A stretch of 40,858 nucleotides of DNA, from sequence record SRR31156797_10768; one strand, written 5' to 3'. The position numbers and the translations under genes were made by a program. Positions 18,607 to 27,293 of this stretch are shown piece after piece. Numbering within the stretch: position 1 is the first letter of the stretch; each line of letters opens with the position of its first letter. Under the pieces are notes generated by a model. It made no database searches and was not told the DNA's origin. It saw nothing but the letters and a program-made list of their open reading frames with translations.

Positions 18607-19146
18607 ATGTCAAATATGAAAAAACGAATTGCATTTCTTGGAGATAGCTTAACTCATGCAGGAAGGTGGGAAGAGTTTTTTCCAAATGTCGATGTATTTA
18701 ATCATGGAATTCCAGGCGAGATCTCGATTGAAATTCTTTCACGTTTAAATGATGTGCTGCGAAAGCAACCTGATATTATTCTTGTGATGATGGGTATTAA
18801 TGATTTGGGAAGTGGAATCAATACGAAAGAGATTTTGAGTCATTACAGTCAACTTATTGATCGGGTTAAGAGAGAATCAAAGGCAAAATTAATTGTACAG
18901 AGTTTGCTACCTGTAAATTTTCAATTGTTCCCTATTACTATTTTTAATGCTGCGGATATTTTAAAATCGAATGACTTGTTGCAGTCTCTTTGCGAAAAGG
19001 AAGAAATCACTTTCGTGGATTTGTATTCATTTTTTACAACTGAATCCAATGAGTTGATGAAAGAGTACACCTATGATGGATTGCATTTAAACCATTCAGG
19101 ATATCGGATTTGGAAAAACAGATTATTGTCGGAAAACCTATTATAA
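18607..19146 (+). CDS. SGNH/GDSL-family esterase
   Basis: Block I FLGDSLT, block II NHGIPG, block III MGIND, block V DGLH; no signal peptide. Confidence 0.9.
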   Translation: MSNMKKRIAFLGDSLTHAGRWEEFFPNVDVFNHGIPGEISIEILSRLNDVLRKQPDIILVMMGINDLGSGINTKEILSHYSQLIDRVKRESKAKLIVQSLLPVNFQLFPITIFNAADILKSNDLLQSLCEKEEITFVDLYSFFTTESNELMKEYTYDGLHLNHSGYRIWKNRLLSENLL

Positions 19147-19150
19147 GATT

Positions 19151-20260
19151 ATGGAAAAATCAAAAAGATTAATGGCTTTGGATGCCTTTCGTGGATTAAC
19201 CATTGCAGCGATGATTACTGTTAATACTCCTGGAAGTTGGAGCCATGTTTATGCTCCGTTATTACATTCGGAATGGCATGGTTGCACTCCAACAGATTTA
19301 GTATTTCCATTTTTTTTATTTGCTGTTGGAGTGGCAATGTTTTTTGCTTTTGGAAAGTTTAATCATCAATTAAATGCAGAAGCTGGGAAGAAAATAGTAA
19401 AACGTACTGTTATTATATTTGGCATTGGTTTGTTGCTTAATGCATTTCCATTTTATCATATCAAGATGGAAAATTTAAGGATAATGGGCGTTCTGCAGCG
19501 AATTGCTTTGGCTTATGGTATTGGAGGTTTTCTTTGTTTGTCATTGAATAAAACAAGATTATTATATGTATCAGCAGCTATCTTATTTTCTTATTGGGGA
19601 TTGGTGTATTTCCTTGGCGGAGATAATCCTTATAGTCTAGAAGGTAACCCTACCATAGCTTTCGATACAATGATTTTAGGAGCAAGTCATATGTACAAAG
19701 GTTTTGGGATCACATTCGATCCTGAAGGTTTGTTTAGCACACTTCCAGCTATTGTCACGGTTATTTTAGGATATCTAACGGGAGCTTTAATTTCTAAATC
19801 GGAGAGGAAAAATATTGTTCCAAAACTATTAACGTTTGGAACTTTGGGAGTGATATTAGGACTGTTTTGGAGTTTAGGCTTTCCAATTAATAAACCGATT
19901 TGGTCGAGTTCCTATGTGATTTATACTGCTGGTTTGGCTCAATTGCTTATGGCAGTAATGATATATCTTATCGATATTCTGGATTATAAGAAATGGGCTC
20001 ACCCTTTTCTTGTTTTTGGAATGAATCCCTTATTTATTTTTGTACTTTCCGTTGTTTGGGTGAAAGTAATTATTTACATGCTTAGCTTTACTGATGATAC
20101 AGGAAAAGTGATGAATGGCTATTCTTGGTTGTATCAGAATGGATTTGCTTCATGGGCAGGAGCTTTGAATGGTTCTTTACTCTTTGCTTTGAGCCATATT
20201 TTGGTGTATTGGCTAATTGTGCTGTTTTTATATCGGAAACGTATTTTTATTAAGATATAA
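19151..20260 (+). CDS. HGSNAT-like (DUF1624/NagX-type) polytopic membrane acetyltransferase or sugar-uptake protein
   Basis: RLMALDAFRGLT, MITVN, LHSEWHGCTPTDLVFPFFLF, GVLQRIA, FDPEGLFS, PINKPIWSSSY, FGMNPL. Confidence 0.85.
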   Translation: MEKSKRLMALDAFRGLTIAAMITVNTPGSWSHVYAPLLHSEWHGCTPTDLVFPFFLFAVGVAMFFAFGKFNHQLNAEAGKKIVKRTVIIFGIGLLLNAFPFYHIKMENLRIMGVLQRIALAYGIGGFLCLSLNKTRLLYVSAAILFSYWGLVYFLGGDNPYSLEGNPTIAFDTMILGASHMYKGFGITFDPEGLFSTLPAIVTVILGYLTGALISKSERKNIVPKLLTFGTLGVILGLFWSLGFPINKPIWSSSYVIYTAGLAQLLMAVMIYLIDILDYKKWAHPFLVFGMNPLFIFVLSVVWVKVIIYMLSFTDDTGKVMNGYSWLYQNGFASWAGALNGSLLFALSHILVYWLIVLFLYRKRIFIKI

Positions 20261-20263
20261 GAG

Positions 20264-20289
20264 AAAAGCTTCGGAATTCCGAAGCTTTT
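20264..20289. terminator. Bidirectional terminator between convergent genes
   Basis: Perfect 26-bp palindrome AAAAGCTTCGGAATTCCGAAGCTTTT. Confidence 0.8.
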
Positions 20290-20299
20290 TTATTTTGCA

Positions 20300-21577
20300 T
20301 TATTGGTACAACCAATATTTTTTGGATCTCTCTTTAAATTCTTCAGAAGGATCATTCCAAAGTTTTATAATATCCTCTACTCTGTGGTTTTTAGAAAATA
20401 GAGTTCTTATTTTATTGCTACCACAAACTTTATCAAACATGCTTAATCGCGATTGATCACACATTTCGAAAATATTTTTTTCGGGATACATTCTATTTAG
20501 TTCTTGTAGAACGTAGAATTGTATTAAAGATAATGGAGCTTTTTGGATATCAGTAAAGTGAACCTGTACACCATGAATCATTTTCCCTTTGCTAACAGAG
20601 TAATATGGTTTGTAGTGAATTGGTCGAAAAAGAATGCCTGGTAAATTTAGATCATTCAGATTTTTAGAAAGGTCATCTGCATTTATCCATTCGGCTGCGA
20701 ACAATTCAAATGGCTGAGTATAACCTACACCTATTGATATTGTGTACAATTCCCCTAATATTCCTGAAATAGGATAATAAATTGCACTTAATGAGTTTGG
20801 AATGTGAGGCGATGTTGGAACCCAAGGCAATTGGGTATCTGCAAAAAGCATATTTCTTTTCCAGCCCTGCATTTTAATAACAGTTAATTTGCATTTATTT
20901 CCATTTTTCAATAATCCTTCATTGTTAATATAGTTTGCCAATTCGCCACAGGTAAGTCCGTAAACATATGGGATAGGAAATTGACTGACAAAGGAAATAT
21001 AATCTGACTCAACCAAACTGCCTTCTACCTTTAATCCACCAATAGGATTTGGACGATCCAATACAATTAACTCCAGATCGTTTTCTGCACAGGCTTCCAT
21101 TGCCAAGCCCATTGTACTGATATAAGTGTAGGAACGAACTCCGATATCCTGAATATCATAAACCAATGCATCCAATCCTTTGAGCATTTCAGCATTGGGC
21201 TTTTTATTTCTTCCATATAAGGAGTAAACTTTGAGCCCCGTTTTTTTATCGATGTAAGTTCCAACTTTATCTCCAGCTGCATGATCTCCACGAATTCCAT
21301 GCTCTGGACTATAAAGAGCTTTTACTTTAATTGCTGATGCTGCGTGTAAAAGATCTATAGTAGATTGAAGGTGTTGATTTACACCAGTTGGATTGGTAAT
21401 AATTCCAATAGATTTGCCATTTAAACTCTCAAAATTAGTTTTTTGTAGTACATCTATTCCTGTTAGTACTTTTTGAGCATTTATTTCATTTAGTGAAAGT
21501 ATATGAGTGAACACAAAAATTACAAGGAGTGTTAGTTGTGTTTTATTGATGCGGATGCGCTTGTTGGTCAGTTTCAT
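20300..21577 (-). CDS. namZ: Exo-beta-N-acetylmuramidase (DUF1343/GH171)
   Basis: IITNPTG, SPEHGIRG, YSLYG, YDIQDIGVRSYTYISTM, LDRPNP, GLTCGELA, WVPTSPHIP; N-terminal hydrophobic signal. Confidence 0.92.
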   Translation of the reverse strand: MKLTNKRIRINKTQLTLLVIFVFTHILSLNEINAQKVLTGIDVLQKTNFESLNGKSIGIITNPTGVNQHLQSTIDLLHAASAIKVKALYSPEHGIRGDHAAGDKVGTYIDKKTGLKVYSLYGRNKKPNAEMLKGLDALVYDIQDIGVRSYTYISTMGLAMEACAENDLELIVLDRPNPIGGLKVEGSLVESDYISFVSQFPIPYVYGLTCGELANYINNEGLLKNGNKCKLTVIKMQGWKRNMLFADTQLPWVPTSPHIPNSLSAIYYPISGILGELYTISIGVGYTQPFELFAAEWINADDLSKNLNDLNLPGILFRPIHYKPYYSVSKGKMIHGVQVHFTDIQKAPLSLIQFYVLQELNRMYPEKNIFEMCDQSRLSMFDKVCGSNKIRTLFSKNHRVEDIIKLWNDPSEEFKERSKKYWLYQ

Positions 21578-21631
21578 ATCTGTTTTTTATCTTTTGCAAT
21601 TTTGAATCTTGTTTTTTATAAAATACCATTG

Positions 21632-21657
21632 CAAAACTAATAAAATTTCTATTTTTG
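21632..21657. promoter_or_regulatory. Divergent -7 elements for namZ (minus) and GHL10 (plus)
   Basis: Minus strand TAGTTTTG (21632-21639); plus strand TATTTTTG (21650-21657). Confidence 0.55.
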
Positions 21658-21676
21658 TAACATGTATGACATGTTA
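21658..21676. promoter_or_regulatory. Putative FadR-type operator, site 3 (best copy)
   Basis: TAACATGT-ATG-ACATGTTA, perfect 8-3-8 inverted repeat directly after the plus-strand -7 element. Confidence 0.75.
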
Positions 21677-21862
21677 ATTAATTCTGCTAAATGACAAAAC
21701 TTTTACCCAAGCTTTTATTCTTTGTACTTATTGTTCTAAGAGTGGCTTGCAATCATTTTAACAAAAGTAAAAACAATTTAGCTTTTTTAATTGAGACAGG
21801 TGAATTCAAAATTGCCAATTAGATAATTGGACTTATGAAATGAATATTAGCAACGAATAGAA

Positions 21863-23356
21863 ATGAAAAGAATTGTAATAGTAGGAGTAATGATTTTTCT
21901 CAGTTTGAGTATTTCTGCAAAAAAGAAATCACCCAAAAGAGAAATGCGAGCTGTTTGGATTGCAACGGTAGATAATATCGATTGGCCATCAAAATCAGGA
22001 TTAAGTGTCGCAGAGCAGAAGGCAGAATTAATCGCTCATCTGGATCAGCACAAAAAGAATGGAATGAATGCTGTTATTTTTCAGGTTAGACCAGCAACCG
22101 ATGCTTTGTACGAATCTTTGTATGAACCATGGTCTCAGTGGCTGACTGGTAAGCAAGGACAAGCACCAGATCCATATTATGATCCATTGCAATTTGCAAT
22201 TGAAGAATGTCACAAACGCGCAATGGAATTGCATGCCTGGATGAATCCATATCGAGCAGTTTATTCATATAAAGATGCAGAAACAGATCCGAAGCACATA
22301 ACCAATACTCAACCTGAACTTTTTCTAACTTACGGGAAACACAAATATTTTAATCCTGGTTTACCAGAAACTAGAAACTATGTTTCGAAAATTGTTGGAG
22401 ATGTTGTTCGTAGATACGATGTGGATGCGATTCATTTTGATGATTATTTCTATCCCTATAAAATAAAAGGAGAAGCATTCCCGGATTCTTTAAGTTTTGC
22501 TAATCATGGTGGGAATTTTTATCCAAATCGAATTGATGATTGGAGAAGGGATAATGTAAATCAGGTAATCAAGCAGATTAATGATACCATTAAATCAATT
22601 AAGCCATGGATGCCATTTGGCATATCTCCTTTTGGAGTCTGGAGAAATAAGAATATGGATAGAAAAGGTTCACGCACTAAGGCTGGGCAAACCAATTACG
22701 ATGATTTGTATGCTGATGTTTTGCTTTGGCTAAAGAAGGATTGGATAGATTATGTAACTCCACAAATTTATTGGCACATTGGTAAAAAGGTGGCTAATTA
22801 CAAGATAATTGCAAAATGGTGGAATAAAAATTCCTTTGGTAAACCATGCTACATTGGGCAAGGAGCTTATAGATTGAATCCGAAATCAAGAGTGAAAGCA
22901 TGGCACAATTCCGATGAGATAATAACACAATTGAGACTCAATAGAAAGTTGAAACGAGTTGACGGTAGTATGTTTTTCTCATCAAAATCATTTACGAATA
23001 ACCTTTTAGGGATTAATGAAAAACTGCAATCTCAAATCTATCAGAAACCAACATTAATACCTGAATGCAAAACAATTGCTTCAATTCAGATATCTGCTCC
23101 TCGGAAGGTTGTTATTAGCAATGGAAATTTACAATGGGAATCAGTAAAAAATGCAAAATGTTATGTTGTTTATGTATTTGGTAAAAATGATAGAATACGA
23201 CTTGATAAGGCAGACTCTATTCTTTCAATTACTTCTCAGCCTAATTTGAAATTAAATAAAGGATTCGAAAATTATAAGTATGTAGTAACGGCTATAAGCA
23301 GAACAAATACAGAAAGTACTGCAAGTGATCCTATCGAATTTAAAAAAGAATTGTAA
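21863..23356 (+). CDS. GHL10 (DUF187; YddW/DigH-like) glycoside hydrolase with C-terminal FN3-like domain
   Basis: Signal peptide; REMRAVWIATVDNIDWPS, FQVRP, HAWMNPYR, YDVDAIHFDDYFYPY, FGISPFGVW, IDYVTPQIYW. Confidence 0.9.
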   Translation: MKRIVIVGVMIFLSLSISAKKKSPKREMRAVWIATVDNIDWPSKSGLSVAEQKAELIAHLDQHKKNGMNAVIFQVRPATDALYESLYEPWSQWLTGKQGQAPDPYYDPLQFAIEECHKRAMELHAWMNPYRAVYSYKDAETDPKHITNTQPELFLTYGKHKYFNPGLPETRNYVSKIVGDVVRRYDVDAIHFDDYFYPYKIKGEAFPDSLSFANHGGNFYPNRIDDWRRDNVNQVIKQINDTIKSIKPWMPFGISPFGVWRNKNMDRKGSRTKAGQTNYDDLYADVLLWLKKDWIDYVTPQIYWHIGKKVANYKIIAKWWNKNSFGKPCYIGQGAYRLNPKSRVKAWHNSDEIITQLRLNRKLKRVDGSMFFSSKSFTNNLLGINEKLQSQIYQKPTLIPECKTIASIQISAPRKVVISNGNLQWESVKNAKCYVVYVFGKNDRIRLDKADSILSITSQPNLKLNKGFENYKYVVTAISRTNTESTASDPIEFKKEL

Positions 23357-23434
23357 TAAATATCACCTTAATCAAAGATTAAAAATTACTTGAGAAAAGA
23401 ATTAGGATTGCAAATTTGATATAAATGAAATTTT

Positions 23435-23461
23435 CCTCCTTGCAAATCTAAAGGAGGTTTT
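23435..23461 (+). terminator. Weak hairpin/terminator between GHL10 and the SSS gene
   Basis: CCTCCTT-N9-AAGGAGG followed by TTTT. Confidence 0.4.
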
Positions 23462-23507
23462 AGTTTGTCAATTTTTTCTTAAAATACCTAAACCTAACAT
23501 TATACTA

Positions 23508-24947
23508 ATGAATACTTGGATTGTTTTTGGAGTAGTTTTTGGCTATTTCGCACTATTGATGCTTGTGTCGTGGTTGACCTCACGAAATAGCAGTAACGAG
23601 ACTTTTTTTACCGGAAACCGACGATCGCCATGGTATTTGGTGGCTTTTGGGATGATTGGAGCATCTTTATCAGGTGTTACTTTTATATCGGTTCCTGGAG
23701 AAGTTGGAAATACGGGTTGGAGTTATTTTCAATTTGTTTTGGGTAATTTGGTTGGTTATTGGGTGGTAGCCAGAGCATTAATTCCACTTTATTATAAGTT
23801 GAAATTGGTTTCGATTTACACTTATTTAAATCAAAGGTTTGGTTTTAGAACCTATAAAACAGGATCATTTTTCTTTATTGTTTCTCAAACTATTGGCGCT
23901 TCCTTTCGTTTATTTTTGGTTGCTGGAGTTTTACAATTGGCTTTTTTTAATGCTTTTAATATCCCCTTTTGGGCTACCGTATTAATTACCATTATATTGA
24001 TTTGGTGCTATACTTTTCGCGGAGGAATTAAAACCATTGTTTGGACAGATACATTTCAGACATTATTTATGTTGGGATCTGTTATTATAACAATTATTGT
24101 GATTGCGAATAGATTAGATTATAATGCTTTCGATATGATTTATAATATCGGGGAGCATGAATATTCTAAAATATTTAGTTGGGATTGGCAATCGCCACGA
24201 AATTTCTTCAAGCAATTTTTAGCCGGTATTGCTGTTGTAATTGTTATGAATGGTTTGGATCAGAATATGATGCAAAAAAATCTTACCTGTAAGAATACTA
24301 AAGAAGCTCAAAAAAATGTGTATTATTTTAGTTTCTCTTTTGTGCTGGCCAACATCTTGTTTCTATCCTTAGGTGTGTTGCTCTACGTTTTTGCGCAACA
24401 ACAAGGAATTTCATTGCCTACTAAAAGTGATGATATGTATGCATTTTTGGCTTTGAATCATTTTGGTTTATTAGCAGGAATTGTATTTCTTCTTGGGATA
24501 ACTGCTGCTGCATACTCAAGTGCTGATTCTGCACTAACAGCATTAACTACATCCTTTTGTGTTGATTTTTTAGGAGGAGATGTTACAAAAAGAAAAAGAC
24601 TTTTGATACACCTGATGTTTTCTGCTATCATGTTTTTTGTAATTGTACTGTTTGATATTTTAAATAACGATAGTGTTGTTACAGCAGTGTTTAAAGTTGC
24701 TGGTTATACTTATGGACCATTATTAGGGTTATTTGCATTTGGTATGGGAAATAAGAGATTGGTTCATGATAAATGGGTTCCAATTGTATGTGTATTATCT
24801 CCTGTTTTAACTTATTTGCTCAATTACTATTCTGTTGAATTACTATGGGGATATCGCTTTGGATTTGAACTTCTTATTGCAAATGGATTAATAACCTTTG
24901 CAGGATTATGGATTGTTTCATACTCAGAAAAAGAAAGTAAGAGTTAA
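23508..24947 (+). CDS. Sodium:solute symporter (SSS family), candidate amino-sugar (MurNAc/anhMurNAc) importer
   Basis: FFTGNRRSPW, SLSGVTFISVPG, YTFRGGIKTIVWTDTFQ, GLDQNMMQK, AAAYSSADSALTAL; substrate inferred from context only. Confidence 0.85.
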   Translation: MNTWIVFGVVFGYFALLMLVSWLTSRNSSNETFFTGNRRSPWYLVAFGMIGASLSGVTFISVPGEVGNTGWSYFQFVLGNLVGYWVVARALIPLYYKLKLVSIYTYLNQRFGFRTYKTGSFFFIVSQTIGASFRLFLVAGVLQLAFFNAFNIPFWATVLITIILIWCYTFRGGIKTIVWTDTFQTLFMLGSVIITIIVIANRLDYNAFDMIYNIGEHEYSKIFSWDWQSPRNFFKQFLAGIAVVIVMNGLDQNMMQKNLTCKNTKEAQKNVYYFSFSFVLANILFLSLGVLLYVFAQQQGISLPTKSDDMYAFLALNHFGLLAGIVFLLGITAAAYSSADSALTALTTSFCVDFLGGDVTKRKRLLIHLMFSAIMFFVIVLFDILNNDSVVTAVFKVAGYTYGPLLGLFAFGMGNKRLVHDKWVPIVCVLSPVLTYLLNYYSVELLWGYRFGFELLIANGLITFAGLWIVSYSEKESKS

Positions 24948-24972
24948 GCGAGTATTACATTTGGCATTAAAT

Positions 24973-25010
24973 AATAAAGGTGGGATCTATTCTTAGATCC
25001 CACCTTTATT
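24973..25010. terminator. Bidirectional terminator
   Basis: AATAAAGGTGGGATCTA-ttct-TAGATCCCACCTTTATT perfect 17-bp stem between convergent genes. Confidence 0.85.
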
Positions 25011-25039
25011 TTATATTGATTGTAAAATTGCTTTAAATC

Positions 25040-26974
25040 TTAGTTTTCGCTTGAATTCTTTTCCTTGAATACTCGTATTGCATCGTAAATTCCCTGGTGT
25101 ATAGCTGTTCTTATATTCTTAGTGTAGATTTCTCTGCTTTTTCTGCTTGGGTGAACTCTGTTTGATAGAAAAATGTAAATCAATTGTTCTTTTGGATCTG
25201 CCCAAACAAATGTGCCGGTAAAGCCAGAATGACCAAAACTTTCGCTACTTGCACCATAAGCTGGGTAACATTTTTGAAGAGATAAAGTATCATTCCCAAA
25301 TAATGGTTTATCAAAACCTAAGCCTCTTCTGTTATTGTTTTCGGGAAATTGGGTTTTTGTAAACTCTCTCATTGTTTTTTCTGAAATATATCTTTTCCCT
25401 CCATACTCTCCCATTTGCACATACATTTGAATAAGCTTTGCCAAGTCGTTTGCTGTTGAAAACAAACCAGCATTACCTGATATTCCGCCCATCATGGCAC
25501 AACCTTCATCATCTACATAACCATGGAGCAAAGTGTTTCTGAAGGCATTATCGTATTCAGTAGGAATGATTCTATCTGTAGAAAAGTTTTTGTAAGCATT
25601 AAAATCTAAAGTGTAAGCGCCTAAAGGCTTATAGAATTCATCTTTTATAAAATCATCGTAAGTGTTATTTGTTAGGTTTTCAATCATTTTTGGGAATAAG
25701 TAAAAAGATAAGCCGGAGTACTTGTAGTGTTTATCAGGAAGTAATTCAGACTTTTTTATAGCTTTATAGATTTTCTTTCTGTAATTCTTATTGAGAAACA
25801 TTTGAGGAGCTACTTCTACCGGATATTTTCGAGATTGTCTATAACTATAAGTTCGTTTTTTAAATTGATTGGAACTATCTACCGTATTTTTCCAAAATGC
25901 GATCCATGGTTTCAGTTGTGCCTGATGTGCCAATACATCTCTAAAAATGATATCTTGTTTATTCGTTCCCTTAAAATCTTTCCAATAGGATGAGAATTTT
26001 TCATCCATATTAATTTTACCATCGTCAACAAGTTGCATAATAGCTGGTAGCGGTCCTGTGATTTTTGTTACCGATGCTAAATCATAAATATCATTAGGCA
26101 ACACAGGTAACAGTTTGTTATAAGAGTGGTATCCGAAGCATTCATGATAAATTATTTTTCTGTCTTTGGCTACAAGTACCTGACAACCTGGGAATGCGTT
26201 AAATTCAAGACCAACTTTCGCAACTGAGTCGATTCTTTTATATAAGGTTTCAGAATCCATCCCTACTACTTCTGGAGATGTATATTGAAATCTGATTTCT
26301 CCTTTTGTTCTTATTCCTGTGTTAGTAGGATATTTACCAATTTCGTGACTTAGAACTCCTTTGGATGAGATTCCTCCAAAAATAATTTGTGCTGTAGATT
26401 TTTGTACTGGAATGGAAGAAGATTTCGCAAATAGTAGAGACGTTAATTTGTTATCACCTTTTCTTAAAATCTCAGCATCCGAAGAGTTAAATAAAGCTAC
26501 AATTGTGGTATTTGAGTTGGAAGTATTGGCAATGAATTTATCTGCAAGTTTAATGTTAGCATCTGAAATATTTCGAACACTTATAATAACGATATCTCTT
26601 GAATTTAAACTTGAATTAATTAAATCCTTTTTTTTATACAATGAATCGATATGAAGTTGATAACATTCAATTTTTGTATAATTTTTTAGCATTTGCTGAA
26701 AAGGCGAAATCACTTGTGTTGTGTCTTCACTGATAGAAATAGAAGTGATTCTGTTCTGTTCTAAATTTTGAATGGGAATAAGGTCATTTCTATTTTCCAA
26801 AATGCATATTGAATCAGCTACTTTTTTGACATTCTGAATAATTATATCCGCTGTTTTTGGGTGAAGTGATAATTCTGTTGAATGAGAATTATAGTTTTCG
26901 TGGGATTGTTCTTGAGCTTTTAAGACTGACGAACCGAAGTATATTAATACTACAAGTAAATATAGACGTATCAT
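25040..26974 (-). CDS. Secreted serine hydrolase (beta-lactamase/AmiE-NamA-like) preceded by a GH3 C-terminal-like domain
   Basis: Signal peptide; SICILENRNDLIPI...AQIIFGGISSKG (GH3-C-like); FPGCQVLVA, DLASVTK (SxxK), YKYSGL, GNAGLFS, FGHSGFTG, LSNRVHP. Confidence 0.82.
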   Translation of the reverse strand: MIRLYLLVVLIYFGSSVLKAQEQSHENYNSHSTELSLHPKTADIIIQNVKKVADSICILENRNDLIPIQNLEQNRITSISISEDTTQVISPFQQMLKNYTKIECYQLHIDSLYKKKDLINSSLNSRDIVIISVRNISDANIKLADKFIANTSNSNTTIVALFNSSDAEILRKGDNKLTSLLFAKSSSIPVQKSTAQIIFGGISSKGVLSHEIGKYPTNTGIRTKGEIRFQYTSPEVVGMDSETLYKRIDSVAKVGLEFNAFPGCQVLVAKDRKIIYHECFGYHSYNKLLPVLPNDIYDLASVTKITGPLPAIMQLVDDGKINMDEKFSSYWKDFKGTNKQDIIFRDVLAHQAQLKPWIAFWKNTVDSSNQFKKRTYSYRQSRKYPVEVAPQMFLNKNYRKKIYKAIKKSELLPDKHYKYSGLSFYLFPKMIENLTNNTYDDFIKDEFYKPLGAYTLDFNAYKNFSTDRIIPTEYDNAFRNTLLHGYVDDEGCAMMGGISGNAGLFSTANDLAKLIQMYVQMGEYGGKRYISEKTMREFTKTQFPENNNRRGLGFDKPLFGNDTLSLQKCYPAYGASSESFGHSGFTGTFVWADPKEQLIYIFLSNRVHPSRKSREIYTKNIRTAIHQGIYDAIRVFKEKNSSEN

Positions 26975-27021
26975 AAAATAGTAAATTATTAAAATATGAG
27001 GTAAATATATATATATTCACC

Positions 27022-27040
27022 ATATTTGTAATACATCATA
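27022..27040. promoter_or_regulatory. Putative operator, site 4 (serine hydrolase side)
   Basis: ATATTTGT-AAT-ACATCATA; keeps the TGT-N3-ACA core, weaker flanks. Confidence 0.45.
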
Positions 27041-27217
27041 TCAAAAAAATAATATTCAAATTCACACTTAAATTAAAGTGTGTAATAAAAATTAGGATAC
27101 AACTATAATAGCTTATACCGTTGTATTTACCTTTATGATTTAGACTTTTGAATGGAATTATCTTGTTATTAAATATTATAAAGAGTAGGATTAATCTAAA
27201 ATCAATCGGATAATAGA

Positions 27218-27236
27218 TAACTTGTATGATATGTTG
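27218..27236. promoter_or_regulatory. Putative operator, site 5 (anmK)
   Basis: TAACTTGTATGATATGTTG, 16/19 identical to site 3. Confidence 0.65.
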
Positions 27237-27293
27237 AGGGATTAATGCTTAAGAAAAGGTAAACACGAATCAAAATTTTAAGAATTTGTACAT

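Noticed and set aside
24946-24964. Operator-like core GTATTACAT after the SSS gene
   Set aside because: Lies between convergent genes with no promoter, and the flanks do not match
25040-26974. Antibiotic-resistance beta-lactamase
   Set aside because: Lacks the class C YxN/KTG signature (has YSG/HSG); context and domain layout favour a PG amidase/esterase
27063-27082. CACACTT-N6-AAGTGTG inverted repeat in the anmK intergenic region
   Set aside because: Single occurrence with 7-bp arms; not distinguishable from chance
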